Under the pieces are notes generated by a model, which had not been told where the DNA came from, did not search any database, and worked only from the letters and a program-made list of their open reading frames with translations. From Gammaproteobacteria bacterium (lineage in GTDB: Bacteria; Pseudomonadota; Gammaproteobacteria; Pseudomonadales; JADFDG01), in the NCBI GenBank assembly GCA_018262975.1, contig JADFDG010000011.1, positions 46,195 to 110,194 on the forward strand: 64,000 nt of DNA, written 5' to 3'. Positions 19,945 through 31,700 of this stretch are shown in pieces (position 1 is the stretch's first letter; each line of letters starts with the position of its first letter). Position numbers and translations under genes: made by a program.

Positions 19945-20646
19945 TCAGCCGTAAAGGCGGCCGAGCAGCACGGGCACCGCGGTATCCACCCGCAGGATGC
20001 GCGCGCCCAGTGTCACTGGCCGGCAGCCGGCCGCGCGCAGCAGGTCCACCTCGAACGGGATGAAGCCGCCCTCGGGGCCCACCACCAGGGTGGCCGGACC
20101 GGCGAGGCCGCGCGGGCACGCCGCGTCGCCGGCCGGGTGCGCCACCAGCGCCGCTGCGTCGCCGATGAGGGCCGGCAATTCGTCCTCCACGAACGGGCGG
20201 AAGCGCTTGTGCAGGGTCACCTGCGGCAGGCGGGTGTCGATGGCCTGTGCGAGGCCGAGCCTGCACTTTTCCCCGATGGCATCGGCGCCGAGTTGCGGGC
20301 TGGACCAGTAACTCTTGTCGACGTGGTAACTGTTCACCAGGCAGATGCGCTTGACGCCCAGCGAGGTGGCGTCGACGAGGATGCGCTTGAGCATCTTCGG
20401 GCGGGGCAGGGCGAGCACCAGCGTGCAGGGCAGCGCCGGCGGCGGCGGGTGGTCCAGCGACTCCACCTGCAGTACCGCCGCCTGTTCGTCGATGGCGACG
20501 ATGCGCGCCTCGCCGAGCAGGCCGTCGATTTCGCCGACGCGCAGCACGTCCCCCGCCTGCCAGGCCTGTACCTCGCGCAGGTGCGCCAGGCGTTCGCCGC
20601 CGATGCGCGCGATGCCGTCGGCACCGCGCTCGCCGGGTTCCAGCAA
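19945..20646 (-). CDS. rsmE: 16S rRNA (uracil1498-N3)-methyltransferase RsmE family
   Basis: 233 aa. PUA-like N-terminus and a SPOUT C-terminus with ...LVVGPEGGFIPFEV... and ...LGARILRVDTA.... Confidence 0.8.
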   Translation of the reverse strand: MLEPGERGADGIARIGGERLAHLREVQAWQAGDVLRVGEIDGLLGEARIVAIDEQAAVLQVESLDHPPPPALPCTLVLALPRPKMLKRILVDATSLGVKRICLVNSYHVDKSYWSSPQLGADAIGEKCRLGLAQAIDTRLPQVTLHKRFRPFVEDELPALIGDAAALVAHPAGDAACPRGLAGPATLVVGPEGGFIPFEVDLLRAAGCRPVTLGARILRVDTAVPVLLGRLYG

Positions 20647-20654
20647 CAGCAGGT

Positions 20655-21623
20655 TTATTGGACGTTCTCCGCGTCCGAGAACAGGCCCTCGAACAGCGCG
20701 GTGGACAGGTAGCGCTCGCCGGAATCCGGCAGCACCACCACGATCAGCTTGTCCTTGTTCTCCGGGCGTTCGGCGACTTTTGCCGCCGCCGCCAGCGCCG
20801 CGCCGCAGGAGATGCCGGCGAGGATGCCTTCCTCGGCCATCAGCCGGCGGGCGGTGGCGATGGATTCGTCGTTGGTGACCGGGATGACCTCGTCGACGAT
20901 CGACAGGTCGAGGTTCTTCGGCACGAAGTTGGCGCCGATGCCCTGGATCTTGTGCGGGCCGGGGGTGAGCTGCTCACCCTTGCGCGTCTGGGTGATGATC
21001 GGCGAGTGCAGCGGCTCCACGGCGATCACCTGCACGCCGGGCTTCTTCGACTTCAGGAAGCGGCCCACGCCGGTGACGGTGCCGCCGGTGCCAACGCCGC
21101 CGACGAAGATGTCGACCTTGCCGTCGGTGTCGTTCCAGATCTCCGGACCGGTGGTCTCCTCGTGGATCTTCGGGTTCGCCGGGTTCTCGAACTGTTGCAG
21201 GAGCACGTACTTGTCCGGTGCAGCGTCGACGATTTCCTGTGCCTTGTCGACGGCGCCCTTCATGCCCCTGGCAGGATCGGTGAGGACCAGTTTCGCGCCG
21301 AGGGCCTTGAGCACCTTGCGGCGCTCCAGGCTCATGCTGGCCGGCATGGTCAGCGTCAGCGGGTAACCGCGCGCGGCGGCCACGAAGGCCAGGGCGATGC
21401 CGGTGTTGCCGCTGGTCGGCTCGACCAGTTCCTTGCCGGGCTTGAGGATGCCGCGCTTCTCGGCGTCCCAGATCATGGCGGCGCCGATGCGGCACTTCAC
21501 CGAGTAGGCCGGGTTGCGGCCCTCGATCTTGGCGTACAGGTTGCCCGTCTTCACGATGCGGTTGATGCGCACCAGCGGGGTGTTGCCGATCGAGAGGGAG
21601 TTGTCGTCGTAGAGGCGGGCCAT
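20655..21623 (-). CDS. cysK: Cysteine synthase A (O-acetylserine sulfhydrylase)
   Basis: 322 aa. ...[11 protein letters not shown]... (PLP lysine), ...[12 protein letters not shown]..., ...[10 protein letters not shown].... Confidence 0.9.
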   Translation of the reverse strand: MARLYDDNSLSIGNTPLVRINRIVKTGNLYAKIEGRNPAYSVKCRIGAAMIWDAEKRGILKPGKELVEPTSGNTGIALAFVAAARGYPLTLTMPASMSLERRKVLKALGAKLVLTDPARGMKGAVDKAQEIVDAAPDKYVLLQQFENPANPKIHEETTGPEIWNDTDGKVDIFVGGVGTGGTVTGVGRFLKSKKPGVQVIAVEPLHSPIITQTRKGEQLTPGPHKIQGIGANFVPKNLDLSIVDEVIPVTNDESIATARRLMAEEGILAGISCGAALAAAAKVAERPENKDKLIVVVLPDSGERYLSTALFEGLFSDAENVQ

Positions 21624-21755
21624 GGCGGGTCTCCTTGCCGGCGCGGGGCGGGCTGTGCGCCCGGGTTAACAGGCTGTGAACGCCGGGGATTCTAGCCCCC
21701 GCCCGGCCTGCTAGAGTAGCGCCTTCCCGGCACAAGCTTATTCCCGGAGACACAC

Positions 21756-22595
21756 ATGCAATTCCAGGGTACCGACAAGTACGTGGCCACCGCCGAGCTG
21801 CGCATGGCCGTCAATGCCGCCATTGCGCTGGAGCGCCCGCTGCTGATCAAGGGTGAGCCGGGCACCGGCAAGACGCGCCTCGCCGAGGAAATCGCCGCCG
21901 GCCTGGGCCTCGAGCTGATTTCCTGGAACATCAAGTCCACCACCAAGGCGCACCAGGGCCTGTACGAGTACGACGCGGTCTCCCGCCTGCGTGACTCGCA
22001 GCTGGGTGGCGACATCGCCGACATCGAGCGCTACATCAAGAAGGGCAAGCTCTGGGAAGCCTTCGCCGCCGACAGGAAGGTGGTGCTGCTGATCGACGAG
22101 ATCGACAAGGCCGACATCGAGTTCCCCAACGACCTGCTGCAGGAACTCGATCGCATGGAGTTCTACGTCTACGAGACGGCGCAACTGGTCCGCGCGAAGC
22201 AGCGCCCGATCGTCATCATTACTTCGAACAACGAGAAGGAACTGCCGGACGCCTTCCTGCGCCGCTGCTTCTTCCACTACATCAGCTTCCCGGACGCCGA
22301 CACGATGATGAAGATCGTCGACGTGCACTACCCGGACGCCAAGAAGAACCTGGTGCGCGAGGCCATGGAGATCTTCTTCGACCTGCGCAAGGTGCCGGGC
22401 CTGAAGAAGAAGCCGTCCACCTCCGAGCTGATCGACTGGCTGAAGTTGCTGCTGGCCGACGACATCCCGGAAGACATCCTGCGCAACCGCGACACCCGCT
22501 CGGCCATCCCGCCGCTGTACGGTGCGCTGGTCAAGAACGAGCAGGACGTGCAGCTGCTCGAGCGCCTGGCGTTCATGAGCCGCCGCGAGGCCTGA
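21756..22595 (+). CDS. MoxR-like AAA+ ATPase
   Basis: 279 aa. Walker A GEPGTGKT, Walker B LLIDEIDKA. Paired with the downstream VWA gene. Confidence 0.85.
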   Translation: MQFQGTDKYVATAELRMAVNAAIALERPLLIKGEPGTGKTRLAEEIAAGLGLELISWNIKSTTKAHQGLYEYDAVSRLRDSQLGGDIADIERYIKKGKLWEAFAADRKVVLLIDEIDKADIEFPNDLLQELDRMEFYVYETAQLVRAKQRPIVIITSNNEKELPDAFLRRCFFHYISFPDADTMMKIVDVHYPDAKKNLVREAMEIFFDLRKVPGLKKKPSTSELIDWLKLLLADDIPEDILRNRDTRSAIPPLYGALVKNEQDVQLLERLAFMSRREA

Positions 22596-22599
22596 GGCC

Positions 22600-23778
22600 G
22601 TGCTGATCAACTTCTACTACACGCTGCGCGAGCACAAGGTTCCCGCCACCCCGCGGGAGCTGATGGACCTGTACGCGGCGATGGAGAAGCGCCTGGCCTT
22701 CGCCGACATGGAGGAGTTCTACCTGTTGTCGCGCACGGTGCTGGTCAAGGACGAGAAGCACTACGACAAGTTCGACCAGGCCTTCGAGAAGTACTTCAAG
22801 GGCATCGAGGCCGCCCGCGGCGACTGGCTGGCCAAGGCCATCCCCGAGGAGTGGCTGCGCAAGGAGCTGGAGAAGAACCTGACGCCCGAGGAATTCGAGA
22901 AGCTCAAGGCGCTCGGGTCACTCGAGAAGCTGATGGAGACCTTCCGCCAGCGCCTTGAGGAACAGCACAAGCGCCACCAGGGCGGCAACAAGATGATCGG
23001 CACCGGCGGCACCAGCCCGTTCGGCGGCCACGGCGAGAATCCCGAGGGTATCCGCCTCACCGGCGAGTCGCGCAAGAAACGCGCGGTGAAGGTTTGGGAA
23101 CGCCGCGATTACAAGAACCTCGACGACAACGTCGAGCTCGGCATCCGCAACATCAAGCTGGCGTTGCGCCGGCTGCGTCGCCTGACCCGTTCCGGCGCCG
23201 AGGAGGAGTTCGACCTCGACGGTACCATCAAGTCCACCGCCGACAACGCCGGCCTGCTGGACATCGTCATGCGCCCGTCGCGGCAGAACAAGGTCAACGT
23301 GCTGATCTTCTTCGACGTGGGCGGTTCCATGGACCCGCACATCAAGGTCTGCGAGGAGCTGTTCTCGGCGGCGCGCACCGAGTTCAAGCACATGGAGTAT
23401 TTCTACTTCCACAACTTCATCTACGAAGGCGTGTGGAAGGACAACCGGCGCCGCTTCGAGCAGCGCATCCCCACCTTCGACATCCTGCACCGCTACGGCA
23501 AGGACTACCGGGTGATCTTCGTGGGTGACGCGGCGATGAGCCCGTACGAGATCAATGCGCCGGGCGGCTCGGTGGAGCACTGGAACGACGAGCCGGGCGC
23601 GGTGTGGATGAAGCGGCTGGTGGACCACTTCGACAAGGTGGTGTGGCTGAACCCGGAGCCGCAGAAGAGCTGGGACTACACCACCTCCAACGTGTGGGTG
23701 CGCCAGCTGGTGAACAACCACATGTTCCCGCTGACCCTCAAGGGCATCGAGGATGCCATGCGGGTGCTCAGCCGCTGA
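22600..23778 (+). CDS. VWA domain-containing protein (CoxE-like)
   Basis: 392 aa. C-terminal VWA-like region (...VLIFFDVGGSMDPH...). 4 nt after the MoxR ATPase stop. Confidence 0.7.
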   Translation: MLINFYYTLREHKVPATPRELMDLYAAMEKRLAFADMEEFYLLSRTVLVKDEKHYDKFDQAFEKYFKGIEAARGDWLAKAIPEEWLRKELEKNLTPEEFEKLKALGSLEKLMETFRQRLEEQHKRHQGGNKMIGTGGTSPFGGHGENPEGIRLTGESRKKRAVKVWERRDYKNLDDNVELGIRNIKLALRRLRRLTRSGAEEEFDLDGTIKSTADNAGLLDIVMRPSRQNKVNVLIFFDVGGSMDPHIKVCEELFSAARTEFKHMEYFYFHNFIYEGVWKDNRRRFEQRIPTFDILHRYGKDYRVIFVGDAAMSPYEINAPGGSVEHWNDEPGAVWMKRLVDHFDKVVWLNPEPQKSWDYTTSNVWVRQLVNNHMFPLTLKGIEDAMRVLSR

Positions 23779-23790
23779 GCACCCGCGGCG

Positions 23791-24756
23791 TCAGAATTCC
23801 GGGATGTAACGGTCCAGCCATTGCGCGAGGTGGGCGAGCACCTCCTCGCGGTTGCTCTCGTTGAGCATCTCGTGCCGGCCGCCCGGGTAGAGTTGCAGCG
23901 TCACGAAACCGAGGCCGGCCTCGCGCATCTTCGCCGCGAGCCTGGGCAACCCCTTGCCGTGCTGGCCCACCGGGTCCTGGTCGCCACCGAAGATGTATAC
24001 CGGCAGGCCGTGCGGAATGCGCGACAGTGCGTGCGTGCTGCTGATATCGATCAGCCCGCCGAGCAGGTCGGTCCACAACTGGTTGGTGACGCGGAAGCCG
24101 CACAGCGGATCGTTGATGTAGGTGTCGACTTCGCGGTTGTCGCGGCTGAGCCAGTCGTAGGCGGTGCGTGCCGGACGGAACGCCTTGTTGAAGGCGCCGA
24201 ACGACAGGAATTCCAGCAGCGCGCTCCTGCCGCGCTTGCCCTGGCGCAGCCGCTCCAGGCGCGCGACCAGGCGGCCGGCGCGATAGGTGAGCGGGGCGCC
24301 GAAATTGCTGCCCGACAGTGCCAGGCCCGCCAGCGACTTGCCGTGTTGCATGGCCAGGGCCTGGGCGATGAACGAGCCCATCGAGTGGCCGAGCAGGAAC
24401 ACCGGGACGTCGGGGTGGGCGATGCGCACGTGGTTCAGCGCCACCTGCAGGTCAGAGACCACGCGCTGCCAGCCGTCGTGGTCGGCGAAGTGGCCGAGGT
24501 CTCCGGGCTGGTGGGCGGACAGGCCGTGGCCGCGGTGGTCCACCGCGTGTACCGCGATGCCGCGCGCGGCCAGGTATTCGCCCAGCGGCGCGTAGCGGGC
24601 GCCATGCTCGGCCATGCCGTGCGAGACCAGCAGGGCGGCACGCACGGTGCCGGCGGGCTCCCAGTGGTGGATGACGATGCGGTGCTCGTCGATGGCGCGG
24701 ATGCTGTAGTGGCGGTCGGTCATGGTCGGCGGCGGGGGTGGAAGCGGGCGGCGCAT
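23791..24756 (-). CDS. Alpha/beta hydrolase (lysophospholipase / monoacylglycerol lipase-like)
   Basis: Nucleophile elbow GHSMGS, plus HGMAEH and C-terminal ...GGRHEMLNE.... Alternative start at 24723 (MTDRHYS...). Confidence 0.8.
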   Translation of the reverse strand: MRRPLPPPPPTMTDRHYSIRAIDEHRIVIHHWEPAGTVRAALLVSHGMAEHGARYAPLGEYLAARGIAVHAVDHRGHGLSAHQPGDLGHFADHDGWQRVVSDLQVALNHVRIAHPDVPVFLLGHSMGSFIAQALAMQHGKSLAGLALSGSNFGAPLTYRAGRLVARLERLRQGKRGRSALLEFLSFGAFNKAFRPARTAYDWLSRDNREVDTYINDPLCGFRVTNQLWTDLLGGLIDISSTHALSRIPHGLPVYIFGGDQDPVGQHGKGLPRLAAKMREAGLGFVTLQLYPGGRHEMLNESNREEVLAHLAQWLDRYIPEF

Positions 24757-24772
24757 TATAGCCGCCGGTGCG

Positions 24773-26068
24773 TCATTTGGCCGCCGGCAGCACCTTCACC
24801 TTGAGCGGGGCCAGGAAACTCTCGGCATAGGCGCGCGGCGTCATGCCGCCGAGGTTCTCGTTGAAGGACAGCGTGGCCTTCATGTAGAAGTCGCGGCCGA
24901 TCGGCAGGTCGTCGAGAGAAAAGCCCACGTTGGGCCACTGGCCGATGAAGCGCTCCGGCGGGTCCTCGTCGCGGCGGGAATCCTTGTAGACCAGCGACAT
25001 CGGTACGTCGAAGCCCTTCTTGAACTCCATGCCGACCAGGGTCATGAAGCCCTGGCCGGTGTCGTAGAGCAACCAGTTCTTGTCGTTGGGTACCTTGCGT
25101 GCCATCAGCGCTGCCTCGGCGCTGTCGATGCGGCCGTCGGTGATCACCGGCTCGTCAAAGCCCCAGCTGGTCCACAACTTGCCGCCTTCCAGGCGGTTGC
25201 CGTCGACGGCCATGCTGCTCGCCGGCTTTTCCATGATGGTGGAGGCGATCGACGGGATCTTGAACTTGGCGTAGATCTCCGTCTGGCGCGGCTGGATCAC
25301 GTAGTACATCAGCACGGTGAGTACCGGCACGCGTGCCACCTCGACCTTGGCCTTGGCGAAGATTTCCGTCTGCACCTGCCCACGGCGGATCTCCACCACC
25401 TGCGTGTCGAGGTTGCGGTTGTCGAGGGTGATGCGGTTGTTTTTCGTGAACACGCCGGACGACAGCTTCACCTTCATGGTGTCCAGCAGCGTGCGCTTGC
25501 GCTTGCCGTCGGTGGCGGTGTAGGTGCGGAAGAAGAAGTCGTTCCACACGTTGAGGTTTTTCGGGTCGACGTTCAGTTCGTACCAGTCGGTGCCGATGAT
25601 CCCGGCGGTCTCGTCGTACTTGGTAAGCACGCGGTTGTTCTGCAGGAAGCCGGGCTCTGCCAGGTAGGCGTAGCGTGGCCCCTCGCTGGTCTGCACCTCG
25701 ATCTCGGCGTACAGCTTCTGCATGCTGCGACCCTGGAAGCGCGGGCCGGTGTCCTCCAGCTGGAAGACCAGTTCGTCGCTGGCGTCGAGGCGGTTGGCGT
25801 CACCGTTGGGCTGCGTGGAGTCGTCGGCCGCGAAGTACGGGAAGCCTTCCACCGAACGCTCGACGAATTGCAGCGGGATGGCGCGCATGCGGCCATCCTT
25901 CATCGACAGCAGCGCGTAGCGGCGCAGTTCGCTGCCGAGCAGGTGCGGGAACTGGCCGCCGGGCACGGTGACCAGCCGCGATTCCTCGGCCTTGGTCAGG
26001 GCGGAGGCCGTGGAGGCGGTACCCAGCAGCAGAAGTACGCCGGCGAGCGGCGCCAGGATTGATCGCAT
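24773..26068 (-). CDS. Secreted hypothetical protein
   Basis: 431 aa with signal peptide MRSILAPLAGVLLLLGTASTASA. Good coding composition. No recognised domain. Confidence 0.5.
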   Translation of the reverse strand: MRSILAPLAGVLLLLGTASTASALTKAEESRLVTVPGGQFPHLLGSELRRYALLSMKDGRMRAIPLQFVERSVEGFPYFAADDSTQPNGDANRLDASDELVFQLEDTGPRFQGRSMQKLYAEIEVQTSEGPRYAYLAEPGFLQNNRVLTKYDETAGIIGTDWYELNVDPKNLNVWNDFFFRTYTATDGKRKRTLLDTMKVKLSSGVFTKNNRITLDNRNLDTQVVEIRRGQVQTEIFAKAKVEVARVPVLTVLMYYVIQPRQTEIYAKFKIPSIASTIMEKPASSMAVDGNRLEGGKLWTSWGFDEPVITDGRIDSAEAALMARKVPNDKNWLLYDTGQGFMTLVGMEFKKGFDVPMSLVYKDSRRDEDPPERFIGQWPNVGFSLDDLPIGRDFYMKATLSFNENLGGMTPRAYAESFLAPLKVKVLPAAK

Positions 26069-26163
26069 GTCTAATGGTCGCCTGTGCGGAAGGGGGCAGG
26101 TGCGGGTTCGATCGAGTCATTCAATCGACCACGGGGGCCGGCCCGGGTTGCGTCCAGAGGATG

Positions 26164-27063
26164 TCAGTACGATGAACGGCTTACAAGCGGGGATGACCGC
26201 AGTGCTGTTGCCAGCAGCCTGGCCAGCGGGATCACGCCGGTCGCGTGGGGTATGGCGTCGGTGGTGTACACCTCGCCGATGCCGGCGGCGCGCATGCCCT
26301 CCAGGGCCCCCGGGGCGAACAGGCCGTGGGTGGCAATGGCGCTTACCGAGCTGGCGCCCGCCGCGAGCAGGCCGCGGGCCGCCTCCATCATGGTGTGACC
26401 GCTGGAGATCACGTCATCGACCAGCACGGCAGGGCGGCCGCGCACGTCGACCGCCGGCAGGCTCACCCGTACATCGGTGTCGCTGAAGCGCTCCTTGCGG
26501 GCCACGCCGTAGGCATAGCCACCCGGTGCCGCGACCTGGCTGACCCACTGCGCCGACTCCTCGTCGGGACCGACCAGCAGGGCGTTGCCGGGCAGTCGCG
26601 CATGCAGGAACTCGCCGAGCACGCCGGACGCCGACAGGCACAGCGGTGTCTTCACCGGTACGGCCTCGGCCAGCGTGGCCACGCGGTGCAGGTGCGGGTC
26701 CACGGTGACCAGGGCGTCGAACCAGTCCGCCAGCAACTTGCCGATGATGCGCTGGCTGACCGGTTGTCCGGGTTCGAAGGCCATGTCCTGGCGCATGTAG
26801 CACAGGTACGGCGCCACCAGCGTCAGGTGCCGGGCACCGAGGGCGCGGGCTCCGCCGGCGGCGATCACCAGTTCGGTCAGGCGCGGGTTGGGATGGTCCA
26901 GCGTGCGGAACAGCAGCACGTCTTCCGGCAGTCGTGGTGGCAGTTGCAGGCGGCTCTCGCCGTCGGGGAACGCGTGGATGTCGATGGTGGCGTGGTCGCA
27001 GCCGAGCGCGGCCGCCAGGGCGGTCGACTGCGCGATGTTTTCCGGGAAGCCGAGCACGATCAT
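26164..27063 (-). CDS. Ribose-phosphate pyrophosphokinase-like phosphoribosyltransferase
   Basis: 299 aa from the ATG at 27063 (MIVLGFPEN...[11 protein letters not shown]...). PRPP-binding loop ...[13 protein letters not shown].... The ORF-track 661-aa version is an out-of-context extension. Confidence 0.8.
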   Translation of the reverse strand: MIVLGFPENIAQSTALAAALGCDHATIDIHAFPDGESRLQLPPRLPEDVLLFRTLDHPNPRLTELVIAAGGARALGARHLTLVAPYLCYMRQDMAFEPGQPVSQRIIGKLLADWFDALVTVDPHLHRVATLAEAVPVKTPLCLSASGVLGEFLHARLPGNALLVGPDEESAQWVSQVAAPGGYAYGVARKERFSDTDVRVSLPAVDVRGRPAVLVDDVISSGHTMMEAARGLLAAGASSVSAIATHGLFAPGALEGMRAAGIGEVYTTDAIPHATGVIPLARLLATALRSSPLVSRSSY

Positions 27064-28619
27064 AGTTCGCTGTCCACCTGTTCCATGTCCGCTGCGCTGC
27101 CGATGACGAAGCCTTCGTGGCGTTTCGCATGGTTCACCGCGAACTGGAAGTCGGCGGGGAACTGCGCGTGGATGCGGTACAACGGCTCGCCAGTGCGCAC
27201 CGGTTCGCCGATTTTCTTCAGCAGGTCGACCCCTGCACCCTTGTCCATGGGTGCGCCGGCCAGGCGGGCGATGCGGGCCATCACCAGGTTGTCGATGCGC
27301 GCCACCACGCCGTCGCGCGGGGCGGTGACTTCCAGTGTCAGCGCGCCGGGCTGCGTCGTCTCGGTAGCGCGGCCCTGGGCATCGATGATGGCATTCATCT
27401 TCGCCAGCGCCCGGCCCGAGTCGAGGATATCGCGGGCGATCTCGTAGCCCTTGCCGCCGCGCACGCTGGGGTCGAACTCGATCATGCGGCCGGCCAGCTG
27501 CAGCGATTTCTCGCGCAGGTCGTGCGGCGCGTCCGGGTGGCGCTCGAGCACGCGCATCACGTCGCGCGCCTCGAGCACCGGGCCGATGCCGCGGCCCACC
27601 GGCTGGCGGCCGTCGCTCATCACCACCTCGACGTGCAGGCCGAGGCGCTCGCCGACGTATTCGAACAGTTTGCGCAACTGGTGCGCCCAGCGCAGGTGGC
27701 GCACCTTGGCGGTTTCGCCGATGGGGATGTCGATCAGCAGGTGGGTGGAACCGGCGGCGATCTTCTTCGACAGGATCGAGGCGATCATCTGGCTGGGCGA
27801 GTCGATGCCCAGCGGGCGCTCGACCGAGATCAGGATGTCGTCCACCGGGGCCAGCCGCGCGGTGCCTCCCCACGCCAGGCAGCCTTTCTCGCGGCGCACG
27901 ATGCTGTCCAGTTGCTCCGGCGTCAGGTTCACCTCGGCGAGCACCTCCATGGTGTCGGCGGTGCCGGCCGGGGAAGTGATCGAGCGCGAACTGGTCTTCG
28001 GGCACAGTAGTCCGTAAGCGGCGATGATCGGAACGATGATCATGGACGTGCGGTTGCCGGGGATGCCACCGATGCAGTGCTTGTCGACCACCATGTGCTC
28101 GTGCCAGTCGAGGCGGTGTCCGGTTTCCACCATGGCACGCGTCAGCCACAGCACTTCATCGCGATCCATGCCGTTTTCCTGGGCCGAGACCAGGAAGGTG
28201 GCGATCTCCGGCTTGGAGTAGCGGTTGTCGGCGATGTCGCGGGCGATCTCCAGGAAATCGTCGGCGTCGAGGCGGCCGCCGTTCATCTTGCGGCGCACCA
28301 GCTCGAACGAACGCGGCGGCTCCGCGTGGGAAACGTGCACCGGGCTGCCGGACTCCAGGCCCAGTTGCGCGAAGCTCTGCTCGGACAGGCCGATCTCGTC
28401 GCAACCGACGATGCCGTCGTCATCCACCACGTTGAGCACGGCGAGAATGCGCCGGCCGTTGTTGCCGATCTCCACCTTGGAGAGGGCCTGGAAGCCCTCG
28501 GCGCGGTAGATCACGCATTCGCGGTGCAGGTAGGCGACGTTCTCGTGGTAGGTGTCGATGGCCACCCGGCGCAGGCGCAGGTCCTGCGGGGGAGAGGGCT
28601 GGTCGGCACAATGGGACAT
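27060..28619 (-). CDS. Thymidine phosphorylase family protein (archaeal AMP-phosphorylase-like type)
   Basis: 519 aa from the ATG at 28619. ...[14 protein letters not shown]...[16 protein letters not shown].... ATGA overlap with the downstream Prs-like gene. Confidence 0.8.
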   Translation of the reverse strand: MSHCADQPSPPQDLRLRRVAIDTYHENVAYLHRECVIYRAEGFQALSKVEIGNNGRRILAVLNVVDDDGIVGCDEIGLSEQSFAQLGLESGSPVHVSHAEPPRSFELVRRKMNGGRLDADDFLEIARDIADNRYSKPEIATFLVSAQENGMDRDEVLWLTRAMVETGHRLDWHEHMVVDKHCIGGIPGNRTSMIIVPIIAAYGLLCPKTSSRSITSPAGTADTMEVLAEVNLTPEQLDSIVRREKGCLAWGGTARLAPVDDILISVERPLGIDSPSQMIASILSKKIAAGSTHLLIDIPIGETAKVRHLRWAHQLRKLFEYVGERLGLHVEVVMSDGRQPVGRGIGPVLEARDVMRVLERHPDAPHDLREKSLQLAGRMIEFDPSVRGGKGYEIARDILDSGRALAKMNAIIDAQGRATETTQPGALTLEVTAPRDGVVARIDNLVMARIARLAGAPMDKGAGVDLLKKIGEPVRTGEPLYRIHAQFPADFQFAVNHAKRHEGFVIGSAADMEQVDSEL

Positions 28620-28747
28620 GGACGGGGATCGCCTGTATGAATTGACGGAAGGCGGGGAGTTTAACCGAGCCCCACCCGCCCCGGTGCTATCCTGCGCCAC
28701 CCGGCTCACCTGTAGCGAGCGGGCCATGCCCGCGACCGTTTTCCCCC

Positions 28748-31700
28748 ATGACCAGCGTTGACCTGCCTTCCGCCGCCGAACTCGAACTGCAATTGTCCGG
28801 GTGCCTGCGGGCCGACCGATTCCGCCTGCGCCGCGACTGGCGCCGGCTGGCCGACGCCACGCGCGGTGGCGGCCAGCCCGATGCGCAGGCGCTGGCGCGC
28901 TGGCAGGCGCGTCTGTCCGCCTCGCAGGCTGCCCGCGAGGCACGCCGGCTGTCGCTGCCCGTGCCGCAGTTCGACGACGCGCTGCCGGTCTGCCAGCGGC
29001 GCGAGGAGATCCGCGAGCTCATCGCGAAGCACCAGGTGGTGATCGTGGCCGGCGAGACCGGCTCGGGCAAGACCACCCAGTTGCCGAAGATCCTGCTGGA
29101 GCTCGGGCGCGGCGTGGACGGTTTCATCGGCCACACGCAGCCGCGCCGGCTGGCCGCGCGCGCGGTCGCCACCCGCATTGCCCAGGAGCTGGGTACAAAA
29201 CTGGGCGAGGGCGTCGGTTACCAGGTGCGCTTCACCGACGAGGTCGGCCCGAACAGCCACGTGAAGCTGATGACCGACGGCATCCTGCTGGCGGAAATCC
29301 CCCACGACCGCTTCCTCGAGAAGTACGACACGCTGGTCATCGACGAGGCGCACGAGCGCAGCCTCAACATCGACTTCCTGCTCGGCTACATCAAGCGCAT
29401 CCTGCCCAAGCGCCCCGATCTCAAGGTGGTGATCACCTCGGCGACCATCGACCACCTGCGCTTCGCGAAGCATTTCGCCGATGCCGCCGGCCGTCCCGCG
29501 CCGGTGATCGAGGTGTCGGGCCGCACGTACCCGGTGGAGACTATCTACCGGCCGCTGGCTGACGACGAGGAAGAGCGCGTGCTCGGCCTGCCGCAGGCGG
29601 TGCACAAGGTGATGGGCGAGATCCTCGCCCGCGAGCGAGCCGAGGGCCGGCCGGCCGCCGGCGACGTGCTGGTGTTCTGCACCGGCGAGCGCGAGATCCG
29701 CGAGGTGCACCAGCACCTGCGCAAGGCCATGCACGGCATCGAGGTGCTGCCGCTGTACGCGCGCCTGTCCAATGCCGAGCAGAACCGGGTGTTCGCGCCG
29801 CACGGCGGCCGCCGCATCGTGCTGGCCACCAACGTCGCGGAAACGTCCATCACGGTGCCGAACATCCGTTACGTGATCGATCCCGGGCTGGCGCGCATCA
29901 GTCGCTACAGCGCGCGCTCGCGCGTCCAGCGCCTGCCGATCGAGGCGGTGTCGCAGGCCAGCGCCAACCAGCGGCAGGGACGTTGCGGCCGCGTCGCCGC
30001 CGGCGTCTGCTATCGCCTGTACAGCGAGGCCGACTTCCTGTCGCGCCCCGAGTTCACCGATGCCGAGATCCAGCGCACCAACCTCGCCGCGGTCATCCTG
30101 CAGATGGCCTGGCTGGGCCTCGGTGACATCGAGGACTTCGATTTCATCGATCCGCCCGATCGTCGCTACGTGCAGGACGGCTGGCGGTTGCTCGAGGAAC
30201 TCAACGCGGTCGATGCGCAGCGCCAGCTGACAGCGGCCGGCCGCCAGCTGGCGCGCCTGCCGGTCGATCCGCGGCTGGGCCGCATGCTGCTGGAGGCCGC
30301 GCGCAACGGTTCGCTGGCCGAGATGCTGGTGATCGTCGCCGGCCTGGCCGTGCAGGACCCGCGCGACCGTCCGCACGATCGCCAGCAGGCGGCCGACGAG
30401 GCGCATGCGCTGTTCGCCGACAAGGAATCCGATTTCCTGTGGTACGTGAACGCCTGGCGCGCGCACGAGCAGGCGCGCCAGGACCTCTCCGGCAGCGAAC
30501 TGCGGCGCTGGGCCGAGCGCCACTACCTGTCGTTCCTGCGCCTGCGCGAATGGCGCGAAACCCATCACCAGTTGCGCCTCGCCTGTGCGGAGTTCGGCCT
30601 GAAGGAAGCCGACGCGCCGGCCGATTACGTGTCCATCCACCGGGCGTTGCTGTCCGGCCTGCTTTCGCAGGTGTTCATGCGCGAGGAGGGCCGCGATCCG
30701 GCCGACAAGAGTTACCTCGGCACCCGCTCGCGGCGCTTCGCGGTGTGGCCGGGCTCGGCGCTGGCGAAGAAGCCGCTGGCCTGGGGCGTGGCCGCGGAAA
30801 TCGTCGAAACGCACAAGACCTTTGCACGCACGGTGGCGCGCGTGCAGCCCGGCTGGATCGAGCACCAGGCGCAGCACCTGGTGCGCCGCGAGTGGTTCGA
30901 CGCCGCCTGGCACGGCAAGCGTGGCATGGTGCTGGCGCGCGAGCAGGTGTCGCTGCTCGGATTGATCCTGCATCCCGGCCGCGAGGTGCACTACGGGCCC
31001 ATCGACCCGAAGCTGTCGCGCGAACTGTTCATCCGCGGCGCACTGGTCAACGGCGACTGGGGCGGTCGCGAGCCGGCATACCGTTTCATCGCCCGCAACC
31101 AGGAGGTGGCCGCCACGGTCGATCGCCTCGAGGCCAAGCTGCGCCGCCGCGACGTGCGCGTTGATGATGCGGTCCTGTACGCGTGGTTCGACGCGCGCGT
31201 GCCGGCAGACGTGTTCAGTACGCAGAAGTTCGACCACTGGTACCGGCAGGCCGCCCGCGCCGACCGCGACCTGTTGTGCCTGTCCACCGCCGACCTGATG
31301 GCGCGCACGCCCGACGAGCTGGTACCGGAGGATTTCCCCGACCAGGCGCCGCTGGCCGGTGCGCATTTGCCGCTCGCCTATCACTTCGCGCCCGGCGAGC
31401 CGGATGACGGCGCCAGCCTCGAAGTGCCGGTGGCGGCGCTCAACCAGGTGCCGGCGGTGCAGCTGGACTGGCTGGTGCCGGGGCTGCTGCGCGAGAAGTG
31501 CATCGCACTGGTGAAGTCCCTGCCCAAGGACCTGCGCCGCGCCCTGGTGCCGGTGCCGGACGTGGTGGCCGGCGTGCTGCCGCGACTGGCGGCCGGCGAG
31601 CGGCCGCTGGTGGATGCGCTGGCCGCCGAACTGCGGCGCGTGTCCGGGCAGGACATCCGCCCGTCGCACTTCAACCTCGCCGCGCTGCCGGCGCACCTGC

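Noticed and set aside
17574-20063. 829-aa plus-strand ORF overlapping the lipoprotein gene and the ABC1 kinase frame region
   Set aside because: Out of frame with or antisense to better-supported genes, and Arg/Pro/Gly-rich. The ABC1 kinase motifs are in the 18586-19938 frame.
26164-28149. 661-aa version of the Prs-like ORF, and the 627-aa version of the thymidine-phosphorylase-like ORF (27060-28943)
   Set aside because: The upstream parts are Arg/Pro-rich and overlap the neighbouring gene. Internal ATGs at 27063 and 28619 give proteins with normal N-termini and an ATGA coupling.
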